DNA from: Euprymna scolopes
Lineage: Eukaryota
NCBI GenBank assembly: GCA_053919585.1
Contig: CM132785.1
DNA: 64,000 nucleotides
Reading direction: 5' to 3' (one strand)
This document shows, in pieces, positions 1-11,515 of this stretch. Both the position numbers and the translations under genes were made by a program. Numbering within the stretch: the stretch's first letter is position 1; every line of letters starts with the position of its first letter. Below the pieces are notes generated by a model, which did no database searches, was not told the DNA's origin, and saw nothing but the letters and a program-made list of their open reading frames with translations.

Positions 1-1160
1 CTTGTTGACAATTGGATTTTATTTTATATTTTTGACCGATTACCCATACTTTACATCTGTAAATTATCATGCCGATACTTCTTTTTTTCAGAACTGGATA
101 AACGCTTTTAAATGAACCACGACACCAATATATTAAGCAGGTAAGTTTCAAAGTTAATATTATTGTCTAAAGAAAAACTTACTTGTTATATGTTTGTTTT
201 GTTTTTTTTACGACTTTAATGTTCTGTTAAATATTTTATTTAATTTTCTTTTTTTTTCTGAGCAGTTATCGAGACTTCAAAGATGTTATCTTTGTGTTTT
301 TCTTTTTATACATGTATGTTACTGTTATGCCTCTGAATTAGCGACAATAAAAACAGAACAACGGTTTAAGTCAAGATATGTATTATTAAAAGACACACAG
401 AGAGTTGCAGAATGAAAAGAGTGTTTGCGTTTCACTGAGCATGCAGGCTTATCTAAGGAACTAGAACCCTACCGAGGATCGTTAAGGGTTTTGGTATATA
501 CGGACGGTGAATGGTTCCATTTTTCCTACAAACTCAATTGGTCTCCAACTCTTACTTACGTATCCAACTTTAATTATGACGCGTTTGTTTTTCTTTCGGC
601 GTAGCCTCATCGAATAGCACTTAGCAGCCGATATTCAGGTAAGCGAACCTTTATATCATATTGCATTATACAACCGTACACTTCTCCCATGTAATTTTTC
701 TCGATTACGTCATTCACGAAAAACTAGTTTACCAAAGGTATAGTTCATTTAGGCTTACCCGGTTTACTGTCTTCCACTGTAGAACGCCGGGTTTCAATAT
801 ATATATTTTTTTACGTTTTTCTTTCTTTCATGAAATACACTAACATGCACCAAACTAGCCGAATGCCACCTTTTCGTTAATTATTTTTTATTTAAACAGT
901 TGCCTAAAAACGAGAATAGATTTTCCCACTTTCTTTCCTTCAAATATTTCCCTTAAAATGTTTTCCTTTTATTATTCTTAAATAGTAAAACTTTTCTTAT
1001 TCAGGAAAAGAGTTAAGCCTACGTAAATAAATAAATGTTTGTACACGTGACAATTTATCAATAAATGGTTTAGTTACTTTTTTTTTAAAATTATTTATGA
1101 AAAGAGTTAACGTAAATAATCTTTGTAAAAATAAGTGCGAAAGTGCCGTAGTTGTACTCC

Positions 1161-2510
1161 TATGCGTAATTTCTATACTTATAGGTTTTTGGATTTTTTT
1201 TTACACTGGATTATTATTGATTGGACACTAATTAAACAGATTATTAAAAAAATAAATAAAAAAGCATCATCATTTCGACATTTGAAAGTGGTGCTCACTT
1301 TTTAGTTACAACGTTCTGATAAATCAGTCACCCATTTTGTAACCAATAAAAACGTGGTATATCAAAACCATAGAAAGTAAAAATAATATGAGTCTCTACC
1401 GCATTTGTAAGTCAGAAATATATTTGTTTCTCAAAGAAAAAAAAATAGATTGAACATGACTTTTTTATTGTTTTTATGAAAATAAAGTTTTGAGGTTTTT
1501 TTTTTTTTACTTATTTAGTTTAAAGTCAGTTTGTGGGTGTTTTTTTTGTTTTTTTTTAATAATTTGTTTTCACGAAAGGTGAGAGTGTTTTTGTTTTTTT
1601 TCAAAACTTAGTTTTTTTTTTTAATTTTTTTAAGATATTATAAATTCCACTAACATGCCGCAGAAATGTTGGTGTTTATGCAGAGAGTGATCCGCGCTAT
1701 TTTTTAAATCGTATTTCCACGTTTAATTAAAGTTGTATGATGTTTTTTATTCAATTGTAAGGTTATAGTACAGAATAGGTACAAAACACCCTCCCCTCCC
1801 CATGTTAAGAATTGCGTTCAAAATAATAACGTTATTATTTCAGCACGGATCACTGTCTGCATGAGTACCGAAATGTTTAATAATTTGGTATTTTTTTAGT
1901 TTGGGTCCACCTCCACAATGTCCCTTTAAATGACGACATATATAGTTTTTCGAGTATGTTGAATACGGACATCGCATTGAAATTTTGCGGAAATCAATAG
2001 TTATCAAGATATAAAATTTATATTATACATTGTATGCGTTGGCGGCCATCTTTTTACGCGCGTGCATTTGTTTATGGCCGCCAAAGAGTACAATGCATAA
2101 TACAACATTTTATATCTTGATAACTACTTATTTCTGCAAAATTTCAATGCGATTTTCGTATTCAGCATAGTCGAACACCATTACAAATCGTCATTTAAAA
2201 GAAAATTGAGGAGGTCGACCTAATCTAAAAATTTACCAATAATTTTCCATCCCGTACGCCTCCCGATACATTGCTTCGTCAACATGCGACCATTTTATAT
2301 CGCCCGAAGCCACTTCCGTATTTCGCCAAAAAAAAAAAAAAATGGGATGACCGATTTACCAGAACCTGGTAACTAAAAAGTGAGTACCACTTTCAAATGT
2401 TGAAATAATTTTTTTTTCAATTTTTTTTCATAACCTGGTTAGTGTTCGATCAATAATAATCCATTGAAAAAAGTTCAAAAAACCTATCAGTATAGAAATT
2501 CGCATGGGGG
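1161..2510. mobile_element. Composite foldback / non-autonomous DNA transposon with nested inverted repeats
   Basis: Outer ~150-bp IRs (1161-1310 vs 2368-2510; CATTTGAAAGTGGTGCTCACTTTTTAGTTAC / GTAACTAAAAAGTGAGTACCACTTTCAAATG). Inner IR ~1675-1700 / 1841-1864. A ~350-bp palindrome 1885-2238 centred on ACGCGCGT (~2056-2063). No ORF; termini and TSD unresolved. Confidence 0.65.
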
Positions 2511-2659
2511 TGATGGTTGTATATCTCCGCCACGTAAGTAAATAAACAAAAAATGTTATGTGCACATGCGTTAGCCTTGACTAGGGGGGACTAAGTGAAC
2601 GACCATTAAATAATTCTGCGGGTCGTCAAGGAAATCAACGCGCAATTAGTACCAAAATA

Positions 2660-3070
2660 GTTTTCATGATATGAAGTAATTTTTTTTCGAAAAATGGGTC
2701 ATCACTTTTCCATGTAAATTTAACTTAAAATGAACAGCCACTTTCTGGCCACCCGGGGAAATGTCATTTAATTTCGTGTTTATTGGCGTAAAGGTTTTCT
2801 GACGACGCAGTTTGGTACGCGAGTGCATATTTAACAGTTTTCGTTTATGCTCACGCGTAGCATAAACAAAGGCTACGTCTGTGAAATGGAAAATAGTCCC
2901 AGAGTTCAGGGGGTATTGCCATGCAAAAGAAATCAAACAAAAAGCTTTTTACCCAAGAACTTTTTAGCACAGAAAAATACAAAAAAACATAGCATCCATT
3001 TTTTTTTCTATCGAATTCATTTGCGGTTTTTATTGAAAACTATTTTCCTCCTGATTTTTGATATAATTTT
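2660..3070. mobile_element. Truncated second copy of the adjacent TTAA-flanked MITE
   Basis: 2663-2960 is a diverged direct repeat of 3180-3415 (shared ATCACTTTTCCATGTAAATTTAACTTAAAATGA and AATAGTCCCAGAGTTCAGGGG). Confidence 0.65.
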
Positions 3071-3077
3071 CCATTAA

Positions 3078-3629
3078 GGGCCGTGCGTCTCAAGTTCGTA
3101 TATAACAAAAAAAAAAAAATTAGACTTCGGTGTGCTAAAAACGAATCTGCAAACCGTTTCCGTTGCAAAAAAAAAGTGTTTATGACATGAAGAAATTACT
3201 TTTTCGAAAAGCGGGTGATCACTTTTCCATGTAAATTTAACTTAAAATGAGCACCAACTTTCTAGCCACCTGAGAGTTTATTGGCTAAACAGCTTTCGTT
3301 TATGCTCACGCATAGCGTAAACGAAGGCTACGGCTGTGAAATAGAGAATAGTCCCAGAGTTCAGGGGTTATTACCAAGCAAAAGAAATCAAACAAAAACG
3401 TTTTAGCCAAGAAACACACAGAAAAATGCCCCTTTCTCTGGTGACCAGAAAGTGGGTGTTCATTCTAAGTTAAATTTACATTATAAAGTGATCACCCACT
3501 TTACGAAAAAGTAATTTCATGAATATCATGAAAACCTTCTTTTTGCTACGGAAACAGTTTGCACATTCGTTTTTAGCACACCAATATCTACAATAAAATA
3601 TTTCGTTATATACGAACGTGAAACGGGTC
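3078..3629. mobile_element. MITE with ~200-bp TIRs and TTAA TSD (Kolobok-like)
   Basis: TTAA at 3074-3077 and 3630-3633. 3078-3275 is the diverged reverse complement of ~3435-3629. Purine (GG) 5' terminus plus TTAA fits Kolobok rather than piggyBac; the superfamily is an inference. Confidence 0.7.
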
Positions 3630-3756
3630 TTAAAGTAAAATAATACCGGATTTTTTGGAGCAGATTTGCCGTTTAGTTTTATAAATATCCTCAAACCAGG
3701 TAATCACTAAAAGGGACTTTTAAAAGTCGTCACCTGTATCGAGCAAAAGTTTAAAA

Positions 3757-4830
3757 CCACCGATTATATGCCAGCCTACGTCATGATAACATATATTGAG
3801 TGAGTTCCTGACAGCATTTTGTATAGTTTTTTAGTTTAAACTCATTTTCCCCAAAATTTCACCAAACTTTACATGTTCGATACAGTCTGCCGCAATTTGT
3901 ATTTTTCAGATATACCGATAAACATTGAATGTTTTTGAACCGATTATACATTGCATAAACACACTAAACTCTTATCCAGTTAGGTAGAACATTTAATTTT
4001 CTTACCTTTGATAACATTTATTTGTTATATATTTATTTTTGAAAACTTTTTTGTATCTGTGTTTAGTGATATGAACCCTTTTCATTTAATGTAACGTTTA
4101 GTCGGCTTTAAAAACAGTGTTTATCGGTGTATTTGAAAGCTACAAATGGTGGCGGACACTGTTGATTACGTTAAGTTAGAGAAAGTGAGTTAAAACTAAA
4201 AACACTATACAAAACACTGTCAGAAACCCACAGATTATGCCAGCCTATGTCACGATAACATATATTTGTGGGGATTCAGACACTGTTTTGTATAGGTTTT
4301 AGTTTTCAACTTACATTCCCAAACTTCACGTATTCAACAGAGTCTGTGACCATTTCTGTTTTTCGAGCCGATTAAACATTTTACATTACATAAAAACACT
4401 AAACAATTATCCAGTTAGGTAGAAATGTAACTTACCTTACCTTTGCTTTCATTTATATTTTTCTGGACAACTTGTTTCTAATCTGTGTATAGTAACCCTC
4501 CCCATCAACCAAATATTAATTATTAACTCACATTTTTGTATACGGAAAACAAAAAACAAAAAAAAAATTAGCGTTTCAACATTTTTGCTACGTTCGGCTT
4601 TATCCACTGATTGTTGGTCGAGTCCAAACCATGAATGATTGACAGAAACTCCCGAGGATCCAGATCAAATTTTGCGAGAGTACCATTTTTTTTCATTTTC
4701 GCCTTCTTTTTCACAATTTGGAGTGGATTGCTGTACTAAAAATATAAGAAACATGCATTTTTCTCTTTTTGTTAAATTTTTCTAGTACACCAAATTGAGC
4801 CACTGCAACGCGTTGCAGGGTACAGTCAGT
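3757..4830 (+). mobile_element. Probable non-autonomous Helitron with internal direct and inverted duplications
   Basis: Unit 3760-4078 is repeated at 4232-4498, with an inverted partial copy at ~4105-4230. 3' hairpin CTGCAACGCGTTGCAG (4803-4818) is followed by GGTACAGTCAGT, a degenerate Helitron hairpin + CTAG|T end. 5' end not identified. Confidence 0.5.
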
Positions 4831-4923
4831 ATATAGAATAAATCAAATAGGAAAACAAGGGGACTTTTGCATACATCAATCAAACAGTGAGCTAACATGC
4901 AAAGAAGACACAAACAGGCATGA

Positions 4924-4978
<55 letters not shown>

Positions 4979-4984
4979 TATATA

Positions 4985-6199
4985 CGAGAGGCGTTCAATA
5001 AGTAATGCTCTTGACCCACTCCCCATAGGAGTAGAACAACGAAACGTGGCACTGTTATTAGTTTTTCTCTACGTAGGAACCACTCAGAGTTATGCATTTC
5101 TCGCATCGTTTGATGCAGCTCTGGAGACCGTATTTGTAGAACACCTCAGGTTGGTCCTTCAACCACGACGTGACTTCAGAAATCAAGGCTCCGTCATCTG
5201 GGAAACGCTTATCTTTCAAAAACAACTTCATGGCTGGGAAGAGGTGAAAGTCAGAGGATGCAAGGTCAGAAGAGCAAAGGGGATTAACGAGAATTCCATA
5301 ACAAAACGCCCGTGCTTCTGATCTGGTGACATGAGAGTTGTGGACCAGAGCGTTGTCCTGCAGGAGGATGGTACCTTTGCTGATCTTACCCAGCTTCTTG
5401 GTCTTGATAGCTTCCCTTAATTTCATGAGAAGTGAAGCATAATAGGATCCTGTAGTTGTGGTAGCCTTTGCCAGGAAATCTGTCATCACTGGTTCCAGAG
5501 GAGTGTGAGCATGACCTTGTCAGCGGAGGGCTGCACCCTTACCTTCTTTGGAGCTAGTGCTTCTACTGCATGTACTCTGCTTTGGTCTCTGGATCATAGT
5601 GATGGACCCATGTTTCATCCTGTGTAATCAGTCTTTTGAAAAACTTTGACTCATCTTCTTGGCACATCTCCAAATTCATCCTTGAAAACTTGACACGTTC
5701 TCGTTTCTGGAATGGCGTGAGCAACCTGGGAATCCATCTAGCAGACACCTTATGCAAATGGTCATGAATAATAGTTTCCACAGACCCTGTACTAATCTTG
5801 AAATCTTGGGCTAATTGGTGAATAGTAATGCGCCGAGCTTCTAACTTGAGGGGCAGATGCCTAATCAATGGCAGAAGAGGGGCGACCACGTCTATGTTTA
5901 CATTCACGATGCCAGCGTTTTACAAGGTCATATTATAACCATGAGTTTCTTTCATTTCATCAAAAGTCTCCTGTGGTGCGTGTCCTTTCAATACAAAAAC
6001 CGGATCACCGCTCGACATTCACCAGGCTCCATTTCACACCTGACTGAGTTTGAACACCTGCAAAACAATAACCACAATTAGTTCAGAGCTGTACTTTGCC
6101 ACATAAACCGTAGAGATATAAAGCATTGCACATGACGAATATCAGCTAGATCAGACAACTAGAAGTGGGCCAGGGGCATTACTTATTGTATGTGTCTAG
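4985..6199 (-). mobile_element. Mariner (DD34D) transposon, irritans-like, decayed
   Basis: TIRs 4985-5020 and 6164-6199 flanked by TA. Transposase fragments contain SARWIPRLL, LITQDETWVHHYDPETK, LLQDNA, SDLASSDFHLF and KCITLSGSYVEK, with frameshifts and a deletion. Inserted beside (TA)n. Confidence 0.92.
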
Positions 6200-6492
6200 T
6201 ATGTATGTGTGTTTATACGTGTGTGGTTATGTAGGGCACATATGTATTGGATGATATACGTGTATGGTCTTCTTAAAAATATAAGAAACAAATCAATTTA
6301 CCTTGAGAGAAAAGGGGCACACACAAATATAAATAGATATTTGTGAATTATTCTACAGATTTCTCTCTTTTGGATTATTTTTGACCATCTTCCAATTACG
6401 CGATTCCCTTGGAATGTACTTGTGCGAATGGAAATTTAACAGACTTTCTTGGATTTGCGTTTTTGGATTTTACCGACCTTGCATAATTTTCC

Positions 6493-6784
6493 TTCATCAG
6501 ACTATCCATTCACGTGAAATCAATTTTTTGTTCACCCTATATCCTCTGCTTCACTTTGGTTATCAAGTAAGATCTTTGACTTACTTGTAATTTCATCACA
6601 TACTTTTGCAAGCAAAATCCGATCCTGCATTTTGTTAAATCCTACCCTCTGATAAGAAGGAAAGTATTTCTTCGAAACTACGCGGATTAAGGACGGTCCA
6701 CTTATATAGTGTTTCTTTTTCAAATTAAATATGTTTAACACTTTTTCAAATTGTTTTTTACATGTTTTTTTTAACTATTGCTCT

Positions 6785-6788
<4 letters not shown>
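6493..6788 (+). mobile_element. HHR-bearing repeat family C, copy 1 (probable PLE pseudo-LTR)
   Basis: Aligns with 13104-13400 (+) and 35872-36021 (-). Ends TTGCTCT directly before (TA)n. Confidence 0.75.
6646..6692 (+). ncRNA. Type I hammerhead ribozyme, degenerate core (CUGAUAA)
   Basis: CCT-CTGATAA-GAAGGAAAGTATTTCTTC-GAAA-CTACGCGGAT-TA-AGG. Confidence 0.6.
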
Positions 6789-6823
<35 letters not shown>

Positions 6824-7889
6824 ATGTGTTAGTAATCTGAGATATTGGAGAAAGAAATTGCTTCCAGTATCATGTGCTGATGAGTATTTTTTCCTGTGTA
6901 TGTGATTCTTCTTAACAGTTGTCAAAATATATCCTGCAATACATTTACGCAGAAAGAAAACAATTTTCTAAGCAGAAAAATAAAATTAAAAATGGATTAG
7001 ATTTCGTAAGCAATTCCCCTAGGTGACAAAACAAGAAAGAGTATGCATACACGTTGAACGATTGATGTACCTGATGTGTCGTTACTCATGTAGAAAAATT
7101 GAACTGAAAAAAAAAATGGAATACACAAATCCCAGAGGGTAGGTTGAACATGTTGCGCAATCAACGTGCGTTTTACACTTCTTATAGAAAATAGATGAAC
7201 TTACCACAAAAATAAAATCATTATCACATTACGTTAACCTTATCATGGGTTGGTTATTATGTCCAATAAAACTTATTTTAGTGTATATTAATTGCAATAT
7301 TATTAATTTTCAAATAAAAATATGCATGTTGTAATTTCACTATCATGTACACATATGCGTGCCTCATGTGTCCTTATACATTTCCCATTTGTTTTTGTTT
7401 TATTTTCAAATAAAAAATTCGAGAAAGACTTATTATGTACTAATATAATCTAATCGCTTTTTAATTGAAGGTTTATATATTTTACACCGTATATGACATA
7501 TATCTGAGTAAGTAAGAATAAAATAAAATATTAGCTTGTCCGGCCAACTGCCGTATAATTTTAGTTAATAGACTAATATATTACAAAGAAGTGGCTAAAA
7601 CGATAGTTTAATTAGGATATACCACTATCGTAATATAAGACAAATGCCTGAGGGAGTATCTATACACAGATGATGCTACAGAGTTTAAGCTTTGTACGAC
7701 AGCTACATCTCTCTCTTGGTTCAAAATGTTGACATCCAGCAACAAGAAAGAGCAAGATAGCCAGCAACAGGTCAAACTGCAGACCAGCTTAATGCGGGTA
7801 CTGGTCTCCGGCTTTGTTGTTTTTTTTTTAATCAGAGATCCGCTTCTCCCAGAGGGGCGTCCGTCACAACGCCCCAAGGTAGCCCTCTC

Positions 7890-8300
7890 CATCCACACAC
7901 ATGGAAATGAGCACATGCATACATACAGATGTATGCCAACATACATATGCATGTGCACACACATGCAAACATACACCCACAGTAGAACACAAATACGCAT
8001 ATGCATACACATGCATATACACACTTACACATAATACACATGAAGGAAAATTCCAAAAGTTTTATGCACATATATACTCATAGATACATACATGCATATA
8101 TACATGCATACATACATATATATATACATACATACATATATACATGCATACATACATACATGTATGCATGCATACACATCATTTTTTATCTTTATTTTTA
8201 CTTTTATTTTATTTTTATTGTTATTACTATTATTATAATTATCATTATTATTACCATTCTCATTATTATAATTACCCTATTATTAATGGTATTATTGCAA
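7890..8300. repeat. Low-complexity (CATA/TACA)n and (TTA)n tract
   Basis: Degenerate simple repeats; source of the spurious His/Thr/Tyr/Ile-rich ORFs. Confidence 0.85.
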
Positions 8301-9172
8301 CTTTTATAATGTCTCCTTATTCTTCCACCTATCAAACTATATGTATCTTAACCCTTTTGCATCAAGTTAACGCACTCATAGACATTGCCATCCTATCCTG
8401 CGACCGTCCCCCTATAGTTATACTCCCTATGTCATAACAGAAGAAACTTAAACATATTGCCGCACATTAACTAATCAATATAACAACCTTGAATAACCCT
8501 TCCCCAAATTATAAGCGATTTTATAGCTGCGATTTGCCGTTTAGGTTGCACAAAAACTACCACTCCATAGATAATAGACACCTCACAGACCGTTAAAATA
8601 AATTACCACGCAAGAAAAATACACCCACAATTTAAACCTAAAACATATACCCCTTAAACTCAACAGTAGACCATATACAATCTTATATATCATACTATAT
8701 ATAACAAGCTGCTCCTTTATTTATTTAGAATTCAATAAAGTTTCTCCAACATTCTTTAATCAATCTTAATGTTTTTCGTTCCTAATGAACCCTACGCTAG
8801 ACGCCGCATCTTCCCCTTGCTACCTAGCGTCTCCTCTATTCTTCTGATGAGAAACATTAGGCTTCGAAATGCTCTGGCATAAAGAGTCTCTTCTATCCCC
8901 CGAATTTTGCTTGTATTCCATTATTTGATAAAGGATCAATTCTATATCTACTTTATTTTATTTTTCTTACTTTGAAGATTGTAATGCTGGGTATAGGGGC
9001 AGCCAAACCAGCTGCCAACATAGACTATACCAGTATATATAGTTTTGTGACTTCATTTAATACTCTTGTCGTCCTACTGTATAAGCTCCAATAATAATCG
9101 TTGAACTTGTAATTATCCAGATATGTCTCCTCTTGTAGAATTGAACTCTGTTTTTTACTCTTACACATTAGG

Positions 9173-9173
<1 letters not shown>
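8300..9173 (+). mobile_element. Highly decayed PLE 3' end / pseudo-LTR
   Basis: Weak GIY-YIG-region-like peptides (RPPIV; QEKYTHNLNLKHIPLKLN), then an intact HHR, ending at (TA)n. Confidence 0.4.
8839..8886 (+). ncRNA. Type I hammerhead ribozyme, intact core
   Basis: Stem I TTCTT/AAGAG; CTGATGA 8844-8850; stem II GAAAC-attag-GCTTC (one mismatch); GAAA 8866-8869; stem III TGC-tctg-GCA; cleavage triplet AUA. Confidence 0.8.
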
Positions 9174-9230
<57 letters not shown>

Positions 9231-9238
9231 ATATATAT

Positions 9239-9628
9239 GGCATCTAAGCTTACGCCTCTGTCCCATCGACGAAACGTTGCATCCCTCTGCTTGTTCTACA
9301 AGAATTTTAATGGTGAGTGCTCTGACGAACTGCAAAACCTTGTGCCCCCACGTCGCAGACACCCTCGACAAACCCGACAGGCAGCTAAATCCCAGCACCA
9401 CACAGTAGAGATCCCTAGATGCAAAAGATCCTTCTACTCCAGTAATTTCTTCCCTAGAACCGCTAGACTCTGGAATTCCATTCCAGGACCATGCTTCCCT
9501 AACTGTACTGACATGCAGAAGTTAAAGTGCAACGTGAACCGACATCTTGCTGCCCAAAACCCTACATAGTGTCCCTATCGTTGCTGACCCTGATAGTAGC
9601 CCCCTACACCTGAGTGGCAATGTGCCTT
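9239..9628 (+). mobile_element. CR1-clade LINE family B, 3' fragment
   Basis: PLSHRRNVASLCLFYK...FFPRTARLWNSIP; closely matches 56380-56770. Confidence 0.9.
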
Positions 9629-9885
9629 NNNNNNNNNNNNNNNNNNNNNNNNNNNNNNNNNNNNNNNNNNNNNNNNNNNNNNNNNNNNNNNNNNNNNNNN
9701 NNNNNNNNNNNNNNNNNNNNNNNNNNNNNNNNNNNNNNNNNNNNNNNNNNNNNNNNNNNNNNNNNNNNNNNNNNNNNNNNNNNNNNNNNNNNNNNNNNNN
9801 NNNNNNNNNNNNNNNNNNNNTTGAAAAATAACAACAATAACAAAATCTAAATTTATAAGCGATAAAAATAAACAGTATAATCAAT

Positions 9886-9953
9886 CTAGGGATTATGGCC
9901 TAACGGTTAAGGCACCAGACTGTGGTAAACATGGTCTGAGGTTCGATCCCTAG
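9886..9953 (+). promoter_or_regulatory. tRNA-derived internal Pol III promoter
   Basis: A and B boxes at tRNA spacing; D-arm GCC-taacggttaa-GGC; CAGAC/GTCTG stem; ends CTAGGGAT/ATCCCTAG pair. Not a canonical cloverleaf. Confidence 0.75.
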
Positions 9954-9964
9954 AAACAGTAAAA

Positions 9965-10009
9965 CTACGCTGATGAGAGGTAAAAACCTTGAAACACGCG
10001 TGTACGTAG
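9965..10009 (+). ncRNA. Type I hammerhead ribozyme, intact, palindromic stem III
   Basis: CTACG-CTGATGA-GAGG taaaaa CCTT-GAAA-CACGCGTG-TA-CGTAG; stem I is a perfect 5-bp helix. Confidence 0.88.
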
Positions 10010-11057
10010 ATTATTGTTTTAAAAATAATAAAATAAATAAAAATGTTATATACGGGCGACTTTCTAAGCAAATAAAAAAATGAGCTCAGAGGCAGCGCCA
10101 ATATTAACCATAGATATCGCTTGAAAAATANNNNNNNNNNNNNNNNNNNNNNNNNNNNNNNNNNNNNNNNNNNNNNNNNNNNNNNNNNNNNNNNNNNNNN
10201 NNNNNNNNNNNNNNNNNNNNNNNNNNNNNNNNNNNNNNNNNNNNNNNNNNNNNNNNNNNNNNNNNNNNNNNNNNNNNNNNNNNNNNNNNNNNNNNNNNNN
10301 NNNNNNNNNNNNNNNNNNNNNNNNNNNNNNNNNNNNNNNNNNNNNNNNNNNNNNNNNNNNNNNNNNNNNNNNNNNNNNNNNNNNNNNNNNNNNNNNNNNN
10401 NNNNNNNNNNNNNNNNNNNNNNNNNNNNNNNNNNNNNNNNNNNNNNNNNNNNNNNNNNNNNNNNNNNNNNNNNNNNNNNNNNNNNNNNNNNNNNNNNNNN
10501 NNNNNNNNNNNNNNNNNNNNNNNNNNNNNNNNNNNNNNNNNNNNNNNNNNNNNNNNNNNNNNNNNNNNNNNNNNNNNNNNNNNNNNNNNNNNNNNNNNNN
10601 NNNNNNNNNNNNNNNNNNNNNNNNNNNNNNNNNNNNNNNNNNNNNNNNNNNNNNNNNNNNNNNNNNNNNNNNNNNNNNNNNNNNNNNNNNNNNNNNNNNN
10701 NNNNNNNNNNNNNNNNNNNNNNNNNNNNNNNNNNNNNNNNNNNNNNNNNNNNNNNNNNNNNNNNNNNNNNNNNNNNNNNNNNNNNNNNNNNNNNNNNNNN
10801 NNNNNNNNNNNNNNNNNNNNNNNNNNNNNNNNNNNNNNNNNNNNNNNNNNNNNNNNNNNNNNNNNNNNNNNNNNNNNNNNNNNNNNNNNNNNNNNNNNNN
10901 NNNNNNNNNNNNNNNNNNNNNNNNNNNNNNNNNNNNNNNNNNNNNNNNNNNNNNNNNNNNNNNNNNNNNNNNNNNNNNNNNNNNAGTATTGCGATAAAAT
11001 AAAGACATAAAAAAGAAACACACCGTAGTATGTGTTCATCAACGTTTCGTCTCTATC

Positions 11058-11101
11058 TTCATCCAGAGGAAGTCTCGAAATAAAGACGAAACGTTCATGA
11101 A
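11058..11101 (+). ncRNA. Minimal hammerhead remnant (core CAGAGGA) inside an inverted duplication
   Basis: TTCATC-CAGAGGA-AGTCT cgaaataa AGAC-GAAA-CG-TT-CATGAA. The inverted arm at ~11020-11052 retains GATGAA, restoring stem I. Confidence 0.45.
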
Positions 11102-11125
11102 CACATAATGCGGTTTGTTCCATTT

Positions 11126-11167
<42 letters not shown>

Positions 11168-11185
11168 ATATATATATATATATAT

Positions 11186-11515
11186 GATAAAAAGCTATAG
11201 CAAACATCTAAATGAATAATTTAACCACAGTTCCTGATTTCAAAAAAAGAAAAATTAAAAGATTCATCCGCCTTACTTTTAATGCTAGGTTTATTTATGG
11301 TGTGTTTTAAATTCAATAAAAACCTTCTTAATTTGCTGATGAGGAGACCTTGCTTACCAAAAAACTATATATAATTATTCTACATAACTTGATGTATACC
11401 ACAATAAAAAAAATTGTTTTCCGAAACGATCGTACAGATAATTGATTTTGTTATTGTTCCTTCTTATGAAACTTATTTTTAATTTAATTAAAATTTGATT
11501 TTTAAATTTTAAATT
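11186..11515 (+). mobile_element. Internally deleted solo pseudo-LTR of the 31-36 kb PLE
   Basis: Reverse complement of 31205-31465 joined to 31603-31678; follows (TC)n(TA)n and runs into a gap. Confidence 0.85.
11331..11439 (+). ncRNA. Type I hammerhead ribozyme with long stem II insertion
   Basis: ATTTG-CTGATGA-GGAGAC...GTTTTCC-GAAA-CGATCG-TA-CAGAT. Confidence 0.72.

Larger units (their letters stand above)
9821..10120 (+). mobile_element. 300-bp tRNA-head + HHR unit (retrozyme/SINE-like), probable tandem monomer
   Basis: A box TGGCCTAACGG 9896-9906; B box GGTTCGATCCC 9940-9950; HHR 9965-10009. TTGAAAAATA occurs at both 9821 and 10121, at the two gap edges. Confidence 0.75.

Noticed and set aside
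7608-8437. His/Thr/Tyr/Cys-rich ORFs (also 60479-61244)
   Set aside because: Translations of simple repeats.
9886-9953. Functional tRNA gene (GTG in the loop, His-like)
   Set aside because: The anticodon loop is oversized and the acceptor/T stems are non-canonical; treated as a tRNA-derived promoter.
9522-11207. Long ORFs with X runs (also at 23.6, 38.7, 39.7 and 61 kb)
   Set aside because: Artefacts of N gaps.
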